From the NCBI GenBank assembly GCA_965656495.1, contig CBFHKU010000005.1:70853-134852 (forward strand): DNA of 64,000 nt, given 5' to 3'. Origin of the DNA: Coraliomargaritaceae bacterium (GTDB lineage: Bacteria > Verrucomicrobiota > Verrucomicrobiia > Opitutales > Coraliomargaritaceae). Below the pieces are notes generated by a model that saw nothing but the letters and a program-made list of their open reading frames with translations, was not told the origin of the DNA and ran no database searches. A program made the position numbers and the translations under genes. Each line of letters starts with the position of its first letter. Position 1 is the stretch's first letter. Below are positions 58,217 to 64,000 of this stretch, one piece after another.

Positions 58217-59147
58217 GACTGGCTACGGGTTCTTCGAGGCCAAAGATGGCATCGGTATAGTTTTTGATTGAAAAGGGCTGGAGGTCGTCGGCTTGCTCAC
58301 CGAGTCCGACAAAGAAGATGGGGAGCTTCAGGGCGCGATAAATACCCACGAGGGCGCCACCGCGGCTGGTGCCGTCCAACTTTGTAATGATGAGCCCCGT
58401 TAGCGGAAAGCTTTCATTGAATACTTTCGCCTGTTCGATGGAATTGGTGCCGAGGCTACCGTCCACCACAAGCCAACTGTGGTGCGGGGCTTCCGGATCC
58501 TGTTTGCGAATGACGCGGTTGAACTTCTCCAATTCCTTCATGAGGTTACCCTTGGTGTGGAGGCGTCCGGCGGTATCGAGAATGAGAGGGTTGCGGGCGC
58601 GGCTTTGGGCGGCGGCGTAGGCGTCATAAGCCACTGCGGCGGCGTCGGCGCCGTGTTGGCTGGCGACGAGCTCGATCTTGAGTTTCTCCGACCAATATTT
58701 GATTTGCTCGTTGGCAGCGGCGCGAAAGGTGTCGCAGGCTCCCAGGAGCGGTTGGTAACCCTCCTGTTGGTAGCGGTGGCCCAATTTGGCGGCGGTGGTG
58801 GTTTTGCCGGAACCATTGACCCCCACGAGGGCGATGACCTCCGGTTGATGCGCGCCCAGATTTACCGAGCCTTCTGCGCCCTCAAGCACCCGACTGAGCA
58901 CCTCCGCTCCAATGCGGGCCGCCGATTCGCTGCGGAGTTCCTTGTCGGATTGATAGGCGGCTTGAATCGCGCCCATGATTTCCTCGACCGTTTCGACTCC
59001 GAAATCGGCGGTGTAGAGGGTTTCTTCGAGGGAATCGAGGGCTTCCGCGTCCATGCGCGGACCGGAAAAAACGCGCTCAAAGGCTTTGTGAAAAGTGGGG
59101 GTGTGCTTCTTGAACCCTTCCTTGAATTTTTTGAAACGGCTGAGCAT
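58209..59147 (-). CDS. ftsY: SRP receptor FtsY (NG domain only)
   Basis: GVNGSGKTTT, DTFRAAA, DTAGR, TKLDG. Confidence 0.96.
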   Translation of the reverse strand: MLSRFKKFKEGFKKHTPTFHKAFERVFSGPRMDAEALDSLEETLYTADFGVETVEEIMGAIQAAYQSDKELRSESAARIGAEVLSRVLEGAEGSVNLGAHQPEVIALVGVNGSGKTTTAAKLGHRYQQEGYQPLLGACDTFRAAANEQIKYWSEKLKIELVASQHGADAAAVAYDAYAAAQSRARNPLILDTAGRLHTKGNLMKELEKFNRVIRKQDPEAPHHSWLVVDGSLGTNSIEQAKVFNESFPLTGLIITKLDGTSRGGALVGIYRALKLPIFFVGLGEQADDLQPFSIKNYTDAIFGLEEPVASHE

Positions 59148-59156
59148 GGCTGGGGA

Positions 59157-59618
59157 CTAATCGGCTGCTTTGCGCAAGGGGCGGTCGATCTTGTTCTTCA
59201 TGCGATCGAGGAGGCCGTTGATGAAGCGCTTGGAATCGGGGTTTGAGAAATCCTTACCGAGGTCAATGGCTTCATTGATGGTGACGATGGGGGGGATGTC
59301 GCTGCGGTGCAGGAGTTCATAAATCGCGAGGCGCAGAATGGAGAGGTCGACTTTGGCAATGCGCTTGAAATCCCAGTTTTCAGCGAGTTCGACGATCTCC
59401 TGATCCAAGGCATCAATGACCCGAATGACGCCGTGGATTAATTCTTCGGCAAAGGCGTAGTAGTCGCGTTTATGATCGCGATCCTCGAGGAAAGTCGCGA
59501 CCGCGTCGTTCAATTCCTCGGGTTTGTTGAGTTCCCATTGGTAAAGGAATTGAATGGTGGCGATGCGATTTTCGCGGCGCTGCGAGGGTTTTTTTACGGT
59601 TGGTTCGTTGTTTTCCAT
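59157..59618 (-). CDS. nusB: Transcription antitermination factor NusB
   Basis: RRENR...QFLYQ, DLSILRLA, INEAIDL, FINGLLD. Confidence 0.95.
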   Translation of the reverse strand: MENNEPTVKKPSQRRENRIATIQFLYQWELNKPEELNDAVATFLEDRDHKRDYYAFAEELIHGVIRVIDALDQEIVELAENWDFKRIAKVDLSILRLAIYELLHRSDIPPIVTINEAIDLGKDFSNPDSKRFINGLLDRMKNKIDRPLRKAAD

Positions 59619-60073
59619 ATGGATTTAAGGTGTGCCATTTCGAGGGCCGCTTTGGCGAATTCGCGGCCCCGGTTCAGGGAACCCCGGCAGCGCGCCTCGG
59701 CCTGTTCCGGATTTTCGACTACGAGGATGCCGTTGATGACCGGAACCCCGGTTTGAATGCTGATTTGATGGAGGGACGCAGCGGTGCTTTCTCCGATGAG
59801 GTGATGGTGTTGGGTATCGCCCGCGAGCACAAGGCCAAGCGCGATGACGGCATCGTATTTGCCGGAGCTCGCGAGGAGGTTCGCGGCGTAGGGCAATTCA
59901 TTGGAACCCGGGACACGGATGATCTCCGGCTCGGGGGCCTTGAACTCGGCGAGGGTAAGGGTGGCGTTTTGAAGGAGCGACGCGACCAGGTTTTCGTTAA
60001 AGCGCGCTGCAGCGATGCCGACATGCAGGTCATGTCCTTCAATGGATAGCTCACTTGGGTGGTGCTGGCTCAT
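59594..60073 (-). CDS. ribH: 6,7-dimethyl-8-ribityllumazine synthase
   Basis: ARFN, VPGSNELP, YDAVIALG, GDTQH. Confidence 0.93.
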   Translation of the reverse strand: MSQHHPSELSIEGHDLHVGIAAARFNENLVASLLQNATLTLAEFKAPEPEIIRVPGSNELPYAANLLASSGKYDAVIALGLVLAGDTQHHHLIGESTAASLHQISIQTGVPVINGILVVENPEQAEARCRGSLNRGREFAKAALEMAHLKSIWKTTNQP

Positions 60074-60173
60074 ACTGCAACCATACAGGTCAGAAGCGTT
60101 GCCAATGGCAAGAGCGGGTTTTAGGTGGATTCCGTTATCGACCTGCGGCAGGAGATCGCACAAACCTTTAAAT

Positions 60174-61289
60174 ATGTTCAAACTAGGGGCAAAAAGCGGT
60201 GATGCGCGGTGCGGGATCTTATCCACCCGGCACGGGGAGATTCAGACTCCGATTTTCATGCCGGTCGGTACGCAGGCGACGGTGAAGGGCGTGACCCCGG
60301 AGCAATTGGAAGCGATCGATGCGCAGATCATTTTGGGAAACACCTATCATTTGAACCTGCGCCCGGGCTCGGGTTTGGTGCAGGAAATGGGCGGGCTGCA
60401 TCGTTTTATGGGCTGGAATAAACCTATCCTTACTGACAGTGGCGGCTTTCAGGTATTCAGCCTCTCCGAATTGCGCAAGGTGCGGGAAGACGGCATCGAA
60501 TTCCGTTCGCATCTGGATGGCGCACCGCTTTTTCTGGGGCCGGAATCCTGTTATCGGATTCAGGCGGAACTGGGGACCGATATTGCGATGGTGCTGGATG
60601 AATGCCCGCCCTTTCCCTGTGAACGGGACGCCTGCGCCGCGGCGGTCAAACGAACCGTTCGTTGGGCGGGGGAATTTTTAGAGCATGCGCGCCGCGATGG
60701 TTTTCTCGAGCGCGGGCATCATGTCTTTGGGATCATCCAGGGTTCGACTTTCGACGACTTGCGACAGGAGTGCGGCACCGCGCTCGCCGGGATGGATTTC
60801 CCAGGTTACGCGGTGGGGGGCGTCAGTGTCGGTGAGCCGGAGGAGGAAATGTTGCGGCAGGTGTCAATTTGCGCACCGGTTATGCCGCTGGACAGGCCGC
60901 GCTATGTCATGGGGGTGGGCACGCCGCCCCAGTTATTGAAAATGATCGGGATGGGGATGGATATGTTTGATTGCGTGATGCCGACGCGCTTGGCGCGCCA
61001 TGCGAATGTCTTCACACCCAACGGCCTGATCAATCTCAAGAACGAGCGTTTTAAGCATGACGCCGCCCCCATCATGGAGGCGAACAATTATACCTGTCGC
61101 CATTTCAGCCGCGCCTATCTGCGCCACTTGATTATGGCAAAGGAACTCCTCGCATCCACTTTGCTATCCATCCACAACCTGCATTTCTACCTCGATTTAA
61201 TGGCGCAGGCGCGGGCACACATTGAGGCGGGGGATTACGGGCAATGGAGCGCTGCGTGGATCGCGCGTTACGAAGCGGGCGAAGCGTAA
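60174..61289 (+). CDS. tgt: tRNA-guanine transglycosylase
   Basis: TPIFMPVGT, GNTYHL, TDSGGFQ, GIIQG, DMFDCV. Confidence 0.96.
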   Translation: MFKLGAKSGDARCGILSTRHGEIQTPIFMPVGTQATVKGVTPEQLEAIDAQIILGNTYHLNLRPGSGLVQEMGGLHRFMGWNKPILTDSGGFQVFSLSELRKVREDGIEFRSHLDGAPLFLGPESCYRIQAELGTDIAMVLDECPPFPCERDACAAAVKRTVRWAGEFLEHARRDGFLERGHHVFGIIQGSTFDDLRQECGTALAGMDFPGYAVGGVSVGEPEEEMLRQVSICAPVMPLDRPRYVMGVGTPPQLLKMIGMGMDMFDCVMPTRLARHANVFTPNGLINLKNERFKHDAAPIMEANNYTCRHFSRAYLRHLIMAKELLASTLLSIHNLHFYLDLMAQARAHIEAGDYGQWSAAWIARYEAGEA

Positions 61290-61290
61290 T

Positions 61291-61911
61291 TCAGGGCAGG
61301 ACGAAATCGGTTTCGTGCTGCAGCCAGTTGCAAATCGATTCGGTGAGGGCAATGGCGGTTTTAATTTTGTCCTCGCTCGCCTCCTCGGGGGTGGGTTGAT
61401 TGAGCAGTTCTGTTGCGGGGGTTTTGAGACCAGCGGCAAGTTGCGGCCACCAGGATTCGCGGACGGGGTAGCCCTCGGCCTGTAGAAGACGGTAGAGACT
61501 TTTGAGGTGTACGATTTCCGGATAGGGGCGCTCGGCGAAGGCATCGAGGCTTTGCTCGGTCAGTTGAAAGAGGAGGGGATAGTCGCCCATGAGGGGAGCG
61601 TTACGGGCAATGAGCTTCACGAATTCCGAGGCGCAACGGAGGGTGCGGTAAGAAGTCCCGAGTTGGCTGCGGCGATGGAGGGTGCGGTAATCGCGCACAA
61701 AGCGGGTGTTTCCGTTGCGGGCGGTTTCGAGTTCGATCTCGGCGGTATCGAAGAGGTCGGGGGCGTTCTTGAGGGGGTTCTTTTTGGAGGCGCGTTTCAA
61801 GCACATGAAGCAACCGGACTCTGCGGAGAGCGCAGTGATTTTCTGATAGGATTCCCCGGAGGGGGCGAGGCTTAGGACGAGGGCCTGTTCGCTGGCGGCG
61901 GGTTGGCTCAC
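61291..61911 (-). CDS. recO: RecO-like DNA repair protein
   Basis: N-terminal OB-like region (VL...GE, DLF) plus helical domain (KSLYRLLQAEGYP); weak motif support. Confidence 0.55.
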   Translation of the reverse strand: MSQPAASEQALVLSLAPSGESYQKITALSAESGCFMCLKRASKKNPLKNAPDLFDTAEIELETARNGNTRFVRDYRTLHRRSQLGTSYRTLRCASEFVKLIARNAPLMGDYPLLFQLTEQSLDAFAERPYPEIVHLKSLYRLLQAEGYPVRESWWPQLAAGLKTPATELLNQPTPEEASEDKIKTAIALTESICNWLQHETDFVLP

Positions 61912-62588
61912 TGGGGTGCTTCGGCGGCGGGCGGGTTGTTGATGGTGACGGCTTCGCCGATGTTGTGCTGTGGCACGACTGCGCCGCCGGAGATGATGAG
62001 TTTCATGCCCTCGGCGATGCTCATATCGAGGCGGGTGACATCCTCTTGTGGGAGCATGAGCAGAAAACCGCTGGTGGGGTTGGGCGTGGTGGGGACGAAG
62101 ACGTTGACGATTTCCTCCCCGGTTACGGATTGGGTTTCCCCCCGCGCCTTACTGGTCAGGAAGCCAAGGACATAGGATTTCTTGCGGGGGTATTCGAGCA
62201 GCACCACCTCCTGAAAGACCGCTTTCTTTTGTTGACTGAAGGTGTCGACGATTTGCTTAACGGTGCGATAAACGGTGTTGATGAAAGGCAGGTTGTCCAG
62301 AATGCGTTCAAAACTGCCGAGAATCATACGCCCAAGCACAAGGCGAGAACCATAACCAAAGAGGGTGATCAACAGGAGCACGACGAAAATTGAGAGCACC
62401 TCGAGTCCAAACTGCACGACCGGCATATCCCGCCATTCGGGATCGAGGTAGAAGAAAAAGAAATTACTCGCAGGGGTTCCGACTCGGTCGAGGAGGACAT
62501 TAATAACTACAATCGTCACGCTCAGGGGCAGAATGACAATAACCCCTGTCAGGAATGCGTTTCGTAGTGAACGGAGGATAGCTTTCAT
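61908..62588 (-). CDS. DUF502 family membrane protein
   Basis: LTGVIVILP, VLLEYPR, VFVPTTPNPTSGF, KLIISGG. Confidence 0.92.
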   Translation of the reverse strand: MKAILRSLRNAFLTGVIVILPLSVTIVVINVLLDRVGTPASNFFFFYLDPEWRDMPVVQFGLEVLSIFVVLLLITLFGYGSRLVLGRMILGSFERILDNLPFINTVYRTVKQIVDTFSQQKKAVFQEVVLLEYPRKKSYVLGFLTSKARGETQSVTGEEIVNVFVPTTPNPTSGFLLMLPQEDVTRLDMSIAEGMKLIISGGAVVPQHNIGEAVTINNPPAAEAPQ

Positions 62589-62698
62589 TAGATGGTTTAT
62601 AGAAAAGTTGGTATGAAGGCCTCGCAACTGTAATCGAATGAACTTTCAGTTCCTTATTGGAGTTGTGAAAGGCGTTTACGATTAGGGCTTGCCGAAAC

Positions 62699-64000
62699 TT
62701 GTATCGAAATTTAAATTTAATAATTATCGGAAAAGCACTAAATAAAATAGCTATAAATTATAAGAATATAATATACTGTTGTGGTGAAAGTGCGACAGCT
62801 AGATTGCTTGGCAAGCAATTGGAGGCCACTGAAGGGGAACCGTATAAAGTCCATTTTGTAACCGAGATAAAGGCTTTGCAGGAGTTGGACATAGCGAGTG
62901 ATTGTGATGCCCTCTTGGTGGATTACATCTCTTTTAGTAATGAATTTGAATCTATTCTTGGGTGGTTGAAGCGTGAGAAAGTCAGGCCCGCGATTCTGGG
63001 GATCTTTCAAAGGCAGGAGGATTTGAGTGATGCTGCGGACTTTGTAAGTGCCCTCGATGAATTTGTATTGCTGGATTCAATGCGCTCTGCTGAGTGCTTG
63101 CTGCGAATCGCGCGCACCATTGAACGCTGCGAGCGGGAGCGGGCTCTCGTGATGGACCAAAACCTCTTGCAGTCGTTACTGGAGAGCATTCCTGATGCGG
63201 TCTATTTTAAGGATGATAAAAGTCGGTTTATGCGGGTCAGCAAGGCTATGCTTCTGAAGTATGGCAAAGATTTTGAAAGTATTCGTGGAATGACGGACTT
63301 TGATCTCTTTACCGATGAACACGCGCGACCGGCATACGAAGATGAAATGGAAATCATGCGAACCGGTAAGGCTATTGTGGGGAAGCTTGAAAAAGAAACT
63401 TTGAAGAGTGGAAAAGTGAAATGGGTGAATACCACAAAGGTGCCCTTGAGTGACGAGCGCGGGCGGATCATTGGCACCCTGGGAATTTCTAGGGATATAA
63501 GTGATTTACAGGAAGCGCAGGAGAATCTACGGGCAGAACGCAACCTCTTTCGTTCTATCCTCAATAACCTCCCGGACCGCATTTATGTCAAAGATTTGCA
63601 AGGGCAGTATTTGCGGGCAAATCCATCGCAGATTCAGTTTTTAGGGGCGCCTAGCGAAAAGGCTGTTATTGGAACCACCATGTTTGATCACCTGAAGGAT
63701 GAAGCCTCACGCCGCGCCTTTGCGATTGAGGCACAAATCATCCGTGAAATTAAACCGCTTCTAAATAAAGAGTACTCGCATCTGAAAAGAAATGGTGAGT
63801 CGGTCTGGTACCTGACGAGCAAGGTGCCCTTCTTTGATGAAGCAGGTGAACTGGTCGGGACGATCGGGATTTCACGCGACATTACTTTTCAGAAACAAAC
63901 AGAACTGCGATTGCGCGAGGCGATTCAAACCCTCGAGGAAACGAAGTTGCAGATGATTGAAGTCGAGAAATTCAATACCATTGGGCGCATGGCAGCGGGG
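62699..64000 (+). CDS. PAS-domain sensor histidine kinase, 5' part (runs off window; start uncertain)
   Basis: Frame appears open from 62669 to the end: degenerate receiver-like N-terminus, two PAS-PAC units (IPDAVYFKD...TKVPL...GISRDI; LPDRIYVKD...SKVPF...GISRDIT), then EKFNTIGRMAAG leading into an H-box. Absent from the ORF track because it has no stop. Confidence 0.85.
   Translation, partial: MYRNLNLIIIGKALNKIAINYKNIIYCCGESATARLLGKQLEATEGEPYKVHFVTEIKALQELDIASDCDALLVDYISFSNEFESILGWLKREKVRPAILGIFQRQEDLSDAADFVSALDEFVLLDSMRSAECLLRIARTIERCERERALVMDQNLLQSLLESIPDAVYFKDDKSRFMRVSKAMLLKYGKDFESIRGMTDFDLFTDEHARPAYEDEMEIMRTGKAIVGKLEKETLKSGKVKWVNTTKVPLSDERGRIIGTLGISRDISDLQEAQENLRAERNLFRSILNNLPDRIYVKDLQGQYLRANPSQIQFLGAPSEKAVIGTTMFDHLKDEASRRAFAIEAQIIREIKPLLNKEYSHLKRNGESVWYLTSKVPFFDEAGELVGTIGISRDITFQKQTELRLREAIQTLEETKLQMIEVEKFNTIGRMAAG

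Overview
Mostly core chromosome of a GC-rich bacterium. Gene order and protein style (MurC-MurB fusion, LysM gene inside the dcw cluster, divergent FtsZ) point to Verrucomicrobiota, probably Opitutia; this assignment is an inference. 0.7-20 kb: complete division/cell-wall (dcw) cluster with two unexplained small ORFs, bracketed by related palindromic repeats. 20.0-20.7 kb: a mosaic of REP/MITE-like repeats. 21.5-34.3 kb: fbaA, then a divergent B12-dependent succinate/propionate cluster (PduO, heterodimeric methylmalonyl-CoA mutase, epimerase, Na+-pumping methylmalonyl-CoA decarboxylase, CoA-transferase, MeaB). 34.3-37.7 kb: the only clear accessory island and the most interesting part. A low-GC NotI-family endonuclease and a DPPY methyltransferase sit between two degenerate integron attC-like hairpins, preceded by a truncated membrane-protein cassette. 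The insert is enclosed by a 294-bp near-perfect duplication of the meaB 3' end, and no integrase is present in the window. 37.8-64 kb: housekeeping genes (glmS, glgC, lgt, parB, nspC, rplY-pth-rpsF-ssb-rplI-dnaB-bamA-skp-lpxD-prs-degP, aroB-ftsY-nusB-ribH, tgt, recO-like, DUF502) and a PAS sensor kinase that runs off the end. No rRNA, tRNA, CRISPR array or transposase was recognised. All calls come from reading motifs by eye; no database searches were run.
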